64,000 nt of DNA from Eukaryota sp. GEM-RC1 (taxonomy: Eukaryota). The notes under the pieces are model-generated. The model was not told where the DNA came from and searched no databases. It worked only from the letters and a program-made list of their open reading frames with translations. This document shows positions 36,269 through 48,462 of this stretch, piece by piece. The position numbers and the translations under genes are program-made. The DNA lies in the NCBI GenBank assembly GCA_040285855.1, contig JAUFOQ010000013.1, positions 496,001-560,000 on the forward strand, written 5' to 3'. The first letter of the stretch is position 1. Every line of letters starts with the position of its first letter.

Positions 36269-36700
36269 TTAAAAATACATTCTATTTTTGTGTAGTGATC
36301 TTAACGACTGTTGTGTTTGACTGTTGATTGAGTTGTTATCTAGATAAATCGTAGAAACTGAAGAATTCACCTTCAAAGCTTCAGCAATTGCAATAGCTCC
36401 TTCATTACCAATTGAGTTGTCACCTAGATAAATCGTAGAAACTGAAGAATTCACCTTCAAAGCTTCACGGAGTTTTGTTTGGGATAATGATTGTTCTGAG
36501 CTAAATGATTTTTCAAGTGTGCATTACATTCATCGTTTAATTATGGTGCTTTTGATGAGAAATTAATTATGATTAATGACAAATGTGATTTAAATCGTAG
36601 AAACTGAAGAATTCACCTTCAAAGCTTCAGCAATTGCAATAGCTCCTTCATTACCAATTGAGTTGTAATCTAGATAAATCGTAGAGACCTCATTTCTCAC
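36269..36700 (-). pseudogene. Rearranged LRR cassette interrupted by spacer sequence
   Basis: LRR 36269-36467, spacer fragment 36465-36590, LRR 36591-36700. Confidence 0.85.
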
Positions 36701-37062
36701 CCTTTCATCTCAACAATTTTAATAATGAAATTGTACATTGGTAATTCGATGGTAAATGTATAGTAGAAATTAACAATACTTCGAATACTAATAAATTTCT
36801 GTTGTTGTTGTGAACAATAGCAAAAGTACCAGTAAATAACGTGTGTTATTCACCAGGGTAGTATTTAAAATGTGTACTTGAACATCTGCTAAACTACTAT
36901 GATATTTTACTCTGTCACGGAGTTTTGTTTGGGATAATGATTGTTCTGAGCTGAAGGATTTTTCAAGTGTGTATTATATTCACCGATTAATTATGGTACT
37001 TTTGATGAGAAATTAATTATGATTAATGACAAATGTTATTTTTATATACAATGAAAACTTGT

Positions 37063-37587
37063 TTAAAAATACATTCTATTTTTGTGTAGTGATTTTAACG
37101 ACTGTTGTGTTTGACTGTTGATTGAGTTGTTATCTAGATAAATCGTAGAAACTGAAGAATTGACCTTCAAAGCTTCAGCAATTGCAATAGCTCCTTCACT
37201 ACCAATTGAGTTGTCACCTAGATAAATCGTAGAAACTGAAGAATTCACCTTCAAAGCTTCAGCAATTGCAATAGCGCCTTCAGTACCAATTGAGTTGTTA
37301 TATAGATAAATCGTAGAAACTGAAGAATTCACCTTCAACGCTTCAGCAATTGCAATAGCTTCTTCAACACCAATTGAGTTGAAACCTAGATGAATCGTAG
37401 AAACTGAAGAATTCACCTTCAACGCTTCAGCAATTGCAATAGCTTCTTCAACACCAATTGAGTTGAAACCTAGATGAATCGTAGAAACTGAAGAATTCAC
37501 CTTCAACGCTTCAGCAATTGCAATAGCGCCTTCAGTACCAATTGAGTTGTTATATAGATTGATCGTAGAACTGTCATTTCTCAACAT
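37063..37587 (-). CDS. LRR-only cassette ORF, 174 aa
   Basis: ATG TTG AGA AAT GAC start, homologous to the internal MVRNE of the TRIM gene; intact. Confidence 0.7.
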   Translation of the reverse strand: MLRNDSSTINLYNNSIGTEGAIAIAEALKVNSSVSTIHLGFNSIGVEEAIAIAEALKVNSSVSTIHLGFNSIGVEEAIAIAEALKVNSSVSTIYLYNNSIGTEGAIAIAEALKVNSSVSTIYLGDNSIGSEGAIAIAEALKVNSSVSTIYLDNNSINSQTQQSLKSLHKNRMYF

Positions 37588-37946
37588 TTCGTCTCAACAA
37601 TTTTAGTAATGAAACTGTACATTGGTAATTCGATGGCAAATGTACAGTAATAATTAACAATACTTCAGATACTAATAAATTTCTGTTGTTGTTGTGAACA
37701 ATAGCAAAAGTACCAGTAAATAACGTGTGTTATTCACCAGGGTAGTATTTAAAATGTGTACTTGAACATCTGCTAAACTACTATGATATTTCACTCTGTC
37801 ACGGAGTTTTGTTTGGGATAATGATTGTTCTGAGCTAAAGGATTTTTCAAGTGTGTATTATATTCACCGATTAATTATGGTACTTTTGATGAGAAATTAA
37901 TTATGATTAATGACAAATGTGATTTTTATATACAATGAAAACTTGT

Positions 37947-38378
37947 TTAAAAATACATTCTATTTTTGTGTAGTGATCTTAACGACTGTTGTGTTTGACT
38001 GTTGATTGAGTTGTTATCTAGATAAATCGTAGAAACTGAAGAATTCACCTTCAAAGCTTCAGCAATTGCAATAGCTCCTTCATTACCAATTGAGTTGTCA
38101 CCTAGATAAATCGTAGAAACTGAAGAATTCACCTTCAAAGCTTCACGGAGTTTTGTTTGGGATAATGATTGTTCTGAGCTAAATGATTTTTCAAGTGTGC
38201 ATTACATTCATCGTTTAATTATGGTGCTTTTGATGAGAAATTAATTATGATTAATGACAAATGTGATTTAAATCGTAGAAACTGAAGAATTCACCTTCAA
38301 AGCTTCAGCAATTGCAATAGCTCCTTCATTACCAATTGAGTTGTAATCTAGATAAATCGTAGAGACCTCATTTCTCAC
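37947..38378 (-). pseudogene. Rearranged LRR cassette, duplicate of 36269-36700
   Basis: Same two junctions. Confidence 0.85.
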
Positions 38379-38739
38379 CCTTTCATCTCAACAATTTTAA
38401 TAATGAAACTGTACATTGGTAATTCGATGGTAAATGTATAGTAGAAGTTAACAATACTTCAGATACTAATAAATTTCTGTTGTTGTTGTGAACAATAGCA
38501 AAGTACCAGTAAATAACGTGTGTTATTCACCAGGGTAGTATTTAAAATGTGTACTTGAACATCTGCTAAACTACTATGATATTTCACTCTGTCACGGAGT
38601 TTTGTTTGGGATAATGATTGTTCTGAGCTGAAGGATTTTTCAAGTGTGTATTATATTCACCGATTAATTATGGTACTTTTGATGATAAATTAATTATGAT
38701 TAATGGAAAATGTGATTTTTATATGTAATGAAAACTTGT

Positions 38740-39348
38740 TTAAAAATACATTCTATTATAGTGTAGTGATTTTAACGACTGTTTTGTTTGACTATTGATT
38801 GAGTTGTTATTTAGATAAATCGTAGAAACTGAAGAATTGACCTTCAAAGCTTCAGCAATTGCAATAGCTCCTTCACTACCAATTGAGTTGTCACCTTGAT
38901 AAATCGTAGAAACTGAAGAATTCACCTTCAAAGCTTCAGCAATTGCAATAGCGCCTTCAGTACCAATTGAGTTGTTATATAGATAAATCGTAGAAACTGA
39001 AGAATTCACCTTCAAAGCTTCAGCAATTGCAATAGCTTCTTCAACACCAATTGAGTTGAAACCTAGATGAATCGTAGAAACTGAAGAATTCACCTTCAAA
39101 GCTTCAGCAATTGCAATAGCTTCTTCAACACCAATTGAGTTGAAACCTAGATGAATCGTAGAAACTGAAGAATTCACCTTCAACGCTTCAGCAATTGCAA
39201 TAGCTTCTTCAACACCAATTGAGTTGAAACCTAGATGAATCGTAGAAACTGAAGAATTCACCTTCAACGCTTCAGCAATTGCAATAGCGCCTTCAGTACC
39301 AATTGAGTTGTTATATAGATTGATCGTAGAACTGTCATTTCTCAACAT
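38740..39348 (-). CDS. LRR-only cassette ORF, 202 aa
   Basis: Intact MLRNDSS..HYNRMYF. Confidence 0.7.
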   Translation of the reverse strand: MLRNDSSTINLYNNSIGTEGAIAIAEALKVNSSVSTIHLGFNSIGVEEAIAIAEALKVNSSVSTIHLGFNSIGVEEAIAIAEALKVNSSVSTIHLGFNSIGVEEAIAIAEALKVNSSVSTIYLYNNSIGTEGAIAIAEALKVNSSVSTIYQGDNSIGSEGAIAIAEALKVNSSVSTIYLNNNSINSQTKQSLKSLHYNRMYF

Positions 39349-39707
39349 TTCGTCTCAACAATTTTAGTAATGAAACTGTACATTGGTAATTCGATGGCAA
39401 ATGTACAGTAATAATTAACAATAATTCAGATACTAATAAATTTCTGTTGTTGTTGAGAATAATAGGAAAAGTACCAGTAAATAACGTGTGTTATTCACCA
39501 GGGTAGTATTTAAAATCTGCACTTGAACATCTGCTAAACTACAATGATATTTGACTCTGTCACGCAGTTTTGTTTGGGATAATTTTTGTTCTGAGCAAAA
39601 CGATTTTTCAAGTGTGCATTACATTCACAGTTTAATTATGGTGCTTTTGATGATAAATTAATTATGATTAATGGAAAATGTGATTTTTATATGTAATGAA
39701 AACTTGT

Positions 39708-40316
39708 TTAAAAATACATTCTATTATAGTGTAGTGATTTTAACGACTGTTTTGTTTGACTATTGATTGAGTTGTTATTTAGATAAATCGTAGAAACTGA
39801 AGAATTGACCTTCAAAGCTTCAGCAATTGCAATAGCTCCTTCACTACCAATTGAGTTGTCACCTAGATAAATCGTAGAAACTGAAGAATTCACCTTCAAA
39901 GCTTCAGCAATTGCAATAGCGCCTTCAGTACCAATTGAGTTGTTATATAGATAAATCGTAGAAACTGAAGAATTCACCTTCAAAGCTTCAGCAATTGCAA
40001 TAGCTTCTTCAACACCAATTGAGTTGAAACCTAGATGAATCGTAGAAACTGAAGAATTCACCTTCAACGCTTCAGCAATTGCAATAGCTTCTTCAACACC
40101 AATTGAGTCGAAACCTAGATGAATCGTAGAAACTGAAGAATTCACCTTCAACGCTTCAGCAATTGCAATAGCTTCTTCAACACCAATTGAGTTGAAACCT
40201 AGATGAATCGTAGAAACTGAAGAATTCACCTTCAAAGCTTCAGCAATTGCAATAGCACCTTCAGGACCAATTGAGTTGTTATATAGATTGATCGTAGAAC
40301 TGTCATTTCTCAACAT
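39708..40316 (-). CDS. LRR-only cassette ORF, 202 aa
   Basis: Intact MLRNDSS..HYNRMYF. Confidence 0.7.
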   Translation of the reverse strand: MLRNDSSTINLYNNSIGPEGAIAIAEALKVNSSVSTIHLGFNSIGVEEAIAIAEALKVNSSVSTIHLGFDSIGVEEAIAIAEALKVNSSVSTIHLGFNSIGVEEAIAIAEALKVNSSVSTIYLYNNSIGTEGAIAIAEALKVNSSVSTIYLGDNSIGSEGAIAIAEALKVNSSVSTIYLNNNSINSQTKQSLKSLHYNRMYF

Positions 40317-40675
40317 TTCGTCTCAACAATTTTAGTAATGAAACTGTACATTGGTAATTCGATGGCAAATGTACAGTAATAATTAACAATAATTCAGATA
40401 CTAATAAATTTCTGTTGTTGTTGAGAATAATAGGAAAAGTACCAGTAAATAACGTGTGTTATTCACCAGGGTAGTATTTAAAATCTGCACTTGAACATCT
40501 GCTAAACTACAATGATATTTGACTCTGTCACGCAGTTTTGTTTGGGATAATTTTTGTTCTGAGCAAAACGATTTTTCAAGTGTGCATTACATTCACAGTT
40601 TAATTATGGTGCCCTTGATGATAAATTAATTATGATTAATGGAAAATGTGATTTTTATATGTAATGAAAACTTGT

Positions 40676-41181
40676 TTAAAAATACATTCTATTATAGTGT
40701 AGTGATTTTAACGACTGTTTTGTTTGACTGTTGATTGAGTTGTTACTGAAGAATTCACCTTCAAAGCTTCAGCAATTGCAATAGCGCCTTCAGTACCAAT
40801 TGAGTTGTTATATAGATAAATCGTAGAAACTGAAGAATTCACCTTCAAAGCTTCAGCAATTGCAATAGCTTCTTCAACACCAATTGAGTTGAAACCTAGA
40901 TGAATCGTAGAAACTGAAGAATTCACCTTCAACGCTTCAGCAATTGCAATAGCTTCTTCAACACCAATTGAGTTGAAACCTAGATGAATCGTAGAAACTG
41001 AAGAATTCACCTTCAACGCTTCAGCAATTGCAATAGCTTCTTCAACACCAATTGAGTTGAAACCTAGATGAATCGTAGAAACTGAAGAATTCACCTTCAA
41101 AGCTTCAGCAATTGCAATAGCACCTTCAGGACCAATTGAGTTGTTATATAGATTGATCGTAGAACTGTCATTTCTCAACAT
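40676..41181 (-). pseudogene. LRR cassette with frameshifted C-cap
   Basis: A deletion in the last beta-strand gives VTTQSTVKQNSR*. Confidence 0.75.
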
Positions 41182-41540
41182 TTCGTCTCAACAATTTTAG
41201 TAATGAAACTGTACATTGGTAATTCGATGGTAAATGTACAGTAATAATTAACAATAATTCAGATACTAATAAATTTCTGTTGTTGTTGAGAACAATAGGA
41301 AAAGTACCAGTAAATAACGTGTGTTATTCACCAGGGTAGTATTTAAAATCTGCACTTGAACATCTGCTAAACTACTATGATATTTGACTCTGTCACGCAG
41401 TTTTGTTTGGGATAATTTTTGTTCTGAGCAAAACGATTTTTCAAGTGTGCATTACATTCACAGTTTAATTATGGTGCTTTTGATGATAAATTAATTATGA
41501 TTAATGGAAAATGTGATTTTTATATGTAATGAAAACTTGT

Positions 41541-41878
41541 TTAAAAATACATTCTATTATAGTGTAGTGATTTTAACGACTGTTTTGTTTGACTGTTGAT
41601 TGAGCTGTTACTGAAGAATTCACCTTCAAAGCTTCAGCAATTGCAATAGCGCCTTCAGTACCAATTGAGTTGTTATATAGATAAATCGTAGAAACTGAAG
41701 AATTCACCTTCAACGCTTCAGCAATTGCAATAGCTTCTTCAACACCAATTGAGTTGAAACCTAGATGAATCGTAGAAACTGAAGAATTCACCTTCAAAGC
41801 TTCAGCAATTGCAATAGCACCTTCAGGACCAATTGAGTTGTTATATAGATTGATCGTAGAACTGTCATTTCTCAACAT
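41541..41878 (-). pseudogene. LRR cassette with frameshifted C-cap
   Basis: Same deletion; VTAQSTVKQNSR*. Confidence 0.75.
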
Positions 41879-42237
41879 TTCGTCTCAACAATTTTAGTAA
41901 TGAAACTGTACATTGGTAATTCGATGGTAAATGTACAGTAATAATTAACAATAATTCAGATACTAATAAATTTCTGTTGTTGTTGAGAATAATAGGAAAA
42001 GTACCAGTAAATAACGTGTGTTATTCACCAGGGTAGTATTTAAAATCTGCACTTGAACATCTGCTAAACTACTATGATATTTGACTCTGTCACGCAGTTT
42101 TGTTTGGGATAATTTTTGTTCTGAGCAAAACGATTTTTCAAGTGTGCATTACATTCACAGTTTAATTATGGTGCTTTTGATGATAAATTAATTATGATTA
42201 ATGGAAAATGTGATTTTTATATGTAATGAAAACTTGT

Positions 42238-43022
42238 TTAAAAATACATTCTATTATAGTGTAGTGATTTTAACGACTGTTTTGTTTGACTATTGATTGA
42301 GTTCTTACTGAAGAATTCACCTTCAAAGCTTCAATTGCAATAGCTCCTTCAGGACCAATTGAGTTGTTATATAGATAAATCGTAGAAACTGAAGAATTCA
42401 CCTTCAAAGCTTCAGCAATTGCAATAGCTCCTTCAGTACCAATTGAGTTCGCAATAGCTCCTTCAGGACCAATTGAGTTGTTATCTAGAAAAATCGTAGA
42501 AACTGAAGAATTCACCTTCAAAGCTTCAGCAATCGCAATAGCTCCTTCAGGACCAATTGAGTTGTTATCTAGAAAAATCGTAGAAACTGAAGAATTGACC
42601 TTCAAAGCTTCAGCAATCGCAATAGCTTCTTCAACACCAATTGAGTTGAAACCTAGATAAATCTCAGAAACTGAAGAATTCACCTTCAAAGCTTCAGCAA
42701 TTGCAATAGCTCCTTCAACACCAATTGAGTTGAAACCTAGATTGATCTTAGAAACTGAAGAATTTACCTTCAAAGCTTCAGCAATTGCAATAGCTCCTTC
42801 AGTACCAAGTGAGTTGTTAAATAGATAAATCTTAGAAACTGAAGAATTCACCTTCAAAGCTTCAGCAATTGCAATAGCTCCTTCATTACCAATTGAGTTG
42901 TTATATAGATAAATCGTAGAAACCGAAGAATTCACCTTCAAAGCTTCAGCCATTGCAATAGCTCCTTCAGTACCAATTGAGTTGTTATATAGATTGATCG
43001 TAGAACTCTCATTTCTCAACAT
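42238..43022 (-). pseudogene. Chimeric LRR cassette with frameshifted C-cap
   Basis: MLRNESS-type 5' part joined to the deleted cap of the MLRNDSS group. Confidence 0.75.
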
Positions 43023-43380
43023 TTCGTCTCAACAATTTTAATAATGAAAATGTACATTGGTAATTCGATGGTAAATGTACGGTATCATTTAACAATATTT
43101 CAGATACTAATAAATTTCTGTTGCTGTTGAGAACAATAGCAAAGTACCAGTAAATAACGTGTGTTATTCACCAGGGTAGTATTTAAAATCTGTACTTGAA
43201 CATCTGCTAAACTACTATGATATTTCACTCTGTCACGGAGTTTTGTTTGGGATAATGATTGTTCTGAGCTAAAGGATTTTTCAAGTGTGTATTATATTCA
43301 CCGATTAATTATGGTACTTTTGATGAGAAATTAATTATGATTAATGACAAATGTGATTTTTATATACAATGAAAACTTGT

Positions 43381-44271
43381 TTAAAAATACATTCTATTTT
43401 TGTGTAGTGATTTTAACGACTGTTGTGTTTGACTGTTGATTGAGTTGTTACCTAGATCGATCGCAGAAACTGAAGAATTCACCTTCAAAGCTTCAGCAAT
43501 TGCAATAGCTCCTTCAACACCAATTGAGTTGTAATCTAGATTGATCTTAGAAACTGAAGAATTCACCTTCAACGCTTCAGCAATTGCAATAGCTCCTTCA
43601 ACACCAATTGAGTTGAAACCTAGATTGATCTTAGAAACTGAAGAATTTACCTTCAAAGCTTCAGCAATTGCAATAGCTCCTTCAGTACCAATTGAGTTGT
43701 TAAATTGATAAATCGTAGAAACTGAAGAATTCACCTTCAAAGCTTCAGCAATTGCAATAGCTCCTTCAGTACCAATTGAGTTCGCAATAGCTCCTTCAGG
43801 ACCAATTGAGTTGTTATCTAGAAAAATCGTAGAAACTGAAGAATTCACCTTCAAAGCTTCAGCAATCGCAATAGCTTCTTCAACACCAATTGAGTTGAAA
43901 CCTAGATAAATCTCAGAAACTGAAGAATTCACCTTCAAAGCTTCAGCAATTGCAATAGCTCCTTCAACACCAATTGAGTTGAAACCTAGATTGATCTTAG
44001 AAACTGAAGAATTTACCTTCAAAGCTTCAGCAATTGCAATAGCTCCTTCAGTACCAAGTGAGTTGTTAAATAGATAAATCTTAGAAACTGAAGAATTCAC
44101 CTTCAAAGCTTCAGCAATTGCAATAGCTCCTTCATTACCAATTGAGTTGTTATATAGATAAATCGTAGAAACCGAAGAATTCACCTTCAAAGCTTCAGCC
44201 ATTGCAATAGCTCCTTCAGTACCAATTGAGTTGTTATATAGATTGATCGTAGAACTCTCATTTCTCAACAT
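43381..44271 (-). CDS. LRR-only cassette ORF, 296 aa
   Basis: Intact MLRNESS..KNRMYF. Confidence 0.7.
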   Translation of the reverse strand: MLRNESSTINLYNNSIGTEGAIAMAEALKVNSSVSTIYLYNNSIGNEGAIAIAEALKVNSSVSKIYLFNNSLGTEGAIAIAEALKVNSSVSKINLGFNSIGVEGAIAIAEALKVNSSVSEIYLGFNSIGVEEAIAIAEALKVNSSVSTIFLDNNSIGPEGAIANSIGTEGAIAIAEALKVNSSVSTIYQFNNSIGTEGAIAIAEALKVNSSVSKINLGFNSIGVEGAIAIAEALKVNSSVSKINLDYNSIGVEGAIAIAEALKVNSSVSAIDLGNNSINSQTQQSLKSLHKNRMYF

Positions 44272-44629
44272 TTCGTCTCAACAATTTTAATAATGAAAAT
44301 GTACATTGGTAATTCGATGGTAAATGTACGGTATCATTTAACAATATTTCAGATACTAATAAATTTCTGTTGCTGTTGAGAACAATAGCAAAGTACCAGT
44401 AAATAACGTGTGTTATTCACCAGGGTAGTATTTAAAATCTGTACTTGAACATCTGCTAAACTACTATGATATTTCACTCTGTCACGGAGTTTTGTTTGGG
44501 ATAATGATTGTTCTGAGCTAAAGGATTTTTCAAGTGTGTATTATATTCACCGATTAATTATGGTACTTTTGATGAGAAATTAATTATGATTAATGACAAA
44601 TGTGATTTTTATATACAATGAAAACTTGT

Positions 44630-45520
44630 TTAAAAATACATTCTATTTTTGTGTAGTGATTTTAACGACTGTTGTGTTTGACTGTTGATTGAGTTGTTAC
44701 CTAGATCGATCGCAGAAACTGAAGAATTCACCTTCAAAGCTTCAGCAATTGCAATAGCTCCTTCAACACCAATTGAGTTGTAATCTAGATTGATCTTAGA
44801 AACTGAAGAATTCACCTTCAACGCTTCAGCAATTGCAATAGCTCCTTCAACACCAATTGAGTTGAAACCTAGATTGATCTTAGAAACTGAAGAATTTACC
44901 TTCAAAGCTTCAGCAATTGCAATAGCTCCTTCAGTACCAATTGAGTTGTTAAATTGATAAATCGTAGAAACTGAAGAATTCACCTTCAAAGCTTCAGCAA
45001 TTGCAATAGCTCCTTCAGTACCAATTGAGTTCGCAATAGCTCCTTCAGGACCAATTGAGTTGTTATCTAGAAAAATCGTAGAAACTGAAGAATTCACCTT
45101 CAAAGCTTCAGCAATCGCAATAGCTTCTTCAACACCAATTGAGTTGAAACCTAGATAAATCTCAGAAACTGAAGAATTCACCTTCAAAGCTTCAGCAATT
45201 GCAATAGCTCCTTCAACACCAATTGAGTTGAAACCTAGATTGATCTTAGAAACTGAAGAATTTACCTTCAAAGCTTCAGCAATTGCAATAGCTCCTTCAG
45301 TACCAATTGAGTTGTTAAATAGATAAATCTTAGAAACTGAAGAATTCACCTTCAAAGCTTCAGCAATTGCAATAGCTCCTTCATTACCAATTGAGTTGTT
45401 ATATAGATAAATCGTAGAAACCGAAGAATTCACCTTCAAAGCTTCAGCCATTGCAATAGCTCCTTCAGTACCAATTGAGTTGTTATATAGATTGATCGTA
45501 GAACTCTCATTTCTCAACAT
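44630..45520 (-). CDS. LRR-only cassette ORF, 296 aa
   Basis: Intact; 1249-bp period with its neighbours. Confidence 0.7.
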   Translation of the reverse strand: MLRNESSTINLYNNSIGTEGAIAMAEALKVNSSVSTIYLYNNSIGNEGAIAIAEALKVNSSVSKIYLFNNSIGTEGAIAIAEALKVNSSVSKINLGFNSIGVEGAIAIAEALKVNSSVSEIYLGFNSIGVEEAIAIAEALKVNSSVSTIFLDNNSIGPEGAIANSIGTEGAIAIAEALKVNSSVSTIYQFNNSIGTEGAIAIAEALKVNSSVSKINLGFNSIGVEGAIAIAEALKVNSSVSKINLDYNSIGVEGAIAIAEALKVNSSVSAIDLGNNSINSQTQQSLKSLHKNRMYF

Positions 45521-45878
45521 TTCGTCTCAACAATTTTAATAATGAAAATGTACATTGGTAATTCGATGGTAAATGTACGGTATCATTTAACAATATTTCA
45601 GATACTAATAAATTTCTGTTGCTGTTGAGAACAATAGCAAAGTACCAGTAAATAACGTGTGTTATTCACCAGGGTAGTATTTAAAATCTGTACTTGAACA
45701 TCTGCTAAACTACTATGATATTTCACTCTGTCACGGAGTTTTGTTTGGGATAATGATTGTTCTGAGCTAAAGGATTTTTCAAGTGTGTATTATATTCACC
45801 GATTAATTATGGTACTTTTGATGAGAAATTAATTATGATTAATGACAAATGTGATTTTTATATACAATGAAAACTTGT

Positions 45879-46769
45879 TTAAAAATACATTCTATTTTTG
45901 TGTAGTGATTTTAACGACTGTTGTGTTTGACTGTTGATTGAGTTGTTACCTAGATCGATCGCAGAAACTGAAGAATTCACCTTCAAAGCTTCAGCAATTG
46001 CAATAGCTCCTTCAACACCAATTGAGTTGTAATCTAGATTGATCTTAGAAACTGAAGAATTCACCTTCAACGCTTCAGCAATTGCAATAGCTCCTTCAAC
46101 ACCAATTGAGTTGAAACCTAGATTGATCTTAGAAACTGAAGAATTTACCTTCAAAGCTTCAGCAATTGCAATAGCTCCTTCAGTACCAATTGAGTTGTTA
46201 AATAGATAAATCGTAGAAACTGAAGAATTCACCTTCAAAGCTTCAGCAATTGCAATAGCTCCTTCAGTACCAATTGAGTTCGCAATAGCTCCTTCAGGAC
46301 CAATTGAGTTGTTATCTAGAAAAATCGTAGAAACTGAAGAATTCACCTTCAAAGCTTCAGCAATCGCAATAGCTTCTTCAACACCAATTGAGTTGAAACC
46401 TAGATAAATCTCAGAAACTGAAGAATTCACCTTCAAAGCTTCAGCAATTGCAATAGCTCCTTCAACACCAATTGAGTTGAAACCTAGATTGATCTTAGAA
46501 ACTGAAGAATTTACCTTCAAAGCTTCAGCAATTGCAATAGCTCCTTCAGTACCAATTGAGTTGTTAAATAGATAAATCTTAGAAACTGAAGAATTCACCT
46601 TCAAAGCTTCAGCAATTGCAATAGCTCCTTCATTACCAATTGAGTTGTTATATAGATAAATCGTAGAAACCGAAGAATTCACCTTCAAAGCTTCAGCCAT
46701 TGCAATAGCTCCTTCAGTACCAATTGAGTTGTTATATAGATTGATCGTAGAACTCTCATTTCTCAACAT
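45879..46769 (-). CDS. LRR-only cassette ORF, 296 aa
   Basis: Intact. Confidence 0.7.
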   Translation of the reverse strand: MLRNESSTINLYNNSIGTEGAIAMAEALKVNSSVSTIYLYNNSIGNEGAIAIAEALKVNSSVSKIYLFNNSIGTEGAIAIAEALKVNSSVSKINLGFNSIGVEGAIAIAEALKVNSSVSEIYLGFNSIGVEEAIAIAEALKVNSSVSTIFLDNNSIGPEGAIANSIGTEGAIAIAEALKVNSSVSTIYLFNNSIGTEGAIAIAEALKVNSSVSKINLGFNSIGVEGAIAIAEALKVNSSVSKINLDYNSIGVEGAIAIAEALKVNSSVSAIDLGNNSINSQTQQSLKSLHKNRMYF

Positions 46770-47128
46770 TTCGTCTCAACAATTTTAATAATGAAAATGT
46801 ACATTGGTAATTCGATGGTAAATGTACGGTATCATTTAACAATATTTCAGATACTAATAAATTTCTGTTGCTGTTGAGAACAATAGCAAAAGTACCAGTA
46901 AATAACGTGTGTTATTCACCAGGGTAGTATTTAAAATCTGTACTTGAACATCTGCTAAACTACTATGATATTTCACTCTGTCACGGAGTTTTGTTTGGGA
47001 TAATGATTGTTCTGAGCTAAAGGATTTTTCAAGTGTGTATTATATTCACCGATTAATTATGGTACTTTTGATGAGAAATTAATTATGATTAATGACAAAT
47101 GTGATTTTTATATACAATGAAAACTTGT

Positions 47129-48103
47129 TTAAAAATACATTCTATTTTTGTGTAGTGATTTTAACGACTGTTGTGTTTGACTGTTGATTGAGTTGTTACC
47201 TAGATCGATCGCAGAAACTGAAGAATTCACCTTCAAAGCTTCAGCAATTGCAATAGCTCCTTCAACACCAATTGAGTTGTAATCTAGATTGATCTTAGAA
47301 ACTGAAGAATTCACCTTCAACGCTTCAGCAATTGCAATAGCTCCTTCAACACCAATTGAGTTGAAACCTAGATTGATCTTAGAAACTGAAGAATTTACCT
47401 TCAAAGCTTCAGCAATTGCAATAGCTCCTTCAGTACCAATTGAGTTGTTAAATAGATAAATCGTAGAAACTGAAGAATTCACCTTCAAAGCTTCAGCAAT
47501 TGCAATAGCTCCTTCAGTACCAATTGAGTTCGCAATAGCTCCTTCAGGACCAATTGAGTTGTTATCTAGAAAAATCGTAGAAACTGAAGAATTCACCTTC
47601 AAAGCTTCAGCAATCGCAATAGCTTCTTCAACACCAATTGAGTTGAAACCTAGATAAATCTCAGAAACTGAAGAATTCACCTTCAAAGCTTCAGCAATCG
47701 CAATAGCTTCTTCAACACCAATTGAGTTGAAACCTAGATAAATCTCAGAAACTGAAGAATTCACCTTCAAAGCTTCAGCAATTGCAATAGCTCCTTCAAC
47801 ACCAATTGAGTTGAAACCTAGATTGATCTTAGAAACTGAAGAATTTACCTTCAAAGCTTCAGCAATTGCAATAGCTCCTTCAGTACCAATTGAGTTGTTA
47901 AATAGATAAATCTTAGAAACTGAAGAATTCACCTTCAAAGCTTCAGCAATTGCAATAGCTCCTTCATTACCAATTGAGTTGTTATATAGATAAATCGTAG
48001 AAACCGAAGAATTCACCTTCAAAGCTTCAGCCATTGCAATAGCTCCTTCAGTACCAATTGAGTTGTTATATAGATTGATCGTAGAACTCTCATTTCTCAA
48101 CAT
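47129..48103 (-). CDS. LRR-only cassette ORF, 324 aa
   Basis: As its neighbours plus one extra 84-bp EIYLGFN module. Confidence 0.7.
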   Translation of the reverse strand: MLRNESSTINLYNNSIGTEGAIAMAEALKVNSSVSTIYLYNNSIGNEGAIAIAEALKVNSSVSKIYLFNNSIGTEGAIAIAEALKVNSSVSKINLGFNSIGVEGAIAIAEALKVNSSVSEIYLGFNSIGVEEAIAIAEALKVNSSVSEIYLGFNSIGVEEAIAIAEALKVNSSVSTIFLDNNSIGPEGAIANSIGTEGAIAIAEALKVNSSVSTIYLFNNSIGTEGAIAIAEALKVNSSVSKINLGFNSIGVEGAIAIAEALKVNSSVSKINLDYNSIGVEGAIAIAEALKVNSSVSAIDLGNNSINSQTQQSLKSLHKNRMYF

Positions 48104-48462
48104 TTCGTCTCAACAATTTTAATAATGAAAATGTACATTGGTAATTCGATGGTAAATGTACGGTATCATTTAACAATATTTCAGATACTAATAAATTTCT
48201 GTTGCTGTTGAGAACAATAGCAAAAGTACCAGTAAATAACGTGTGTTATTCACCAGGGTAGTATTTAAAATCTGTACTTGAACATCTGCTAAACTACTAT
48301 GATATTTCACTCTGTCACGGAGTTTTGTTTGGGATAATGATTGTTCTGAGCTAAAGGATTTTTCAAGTGTGTATTATATTCACCGATTAATTATGGTACT
48401 TTTGATGAGAAATTAATTATGATTAATGACAAATGTGATTTTTATATACAATGAAAACTTGT

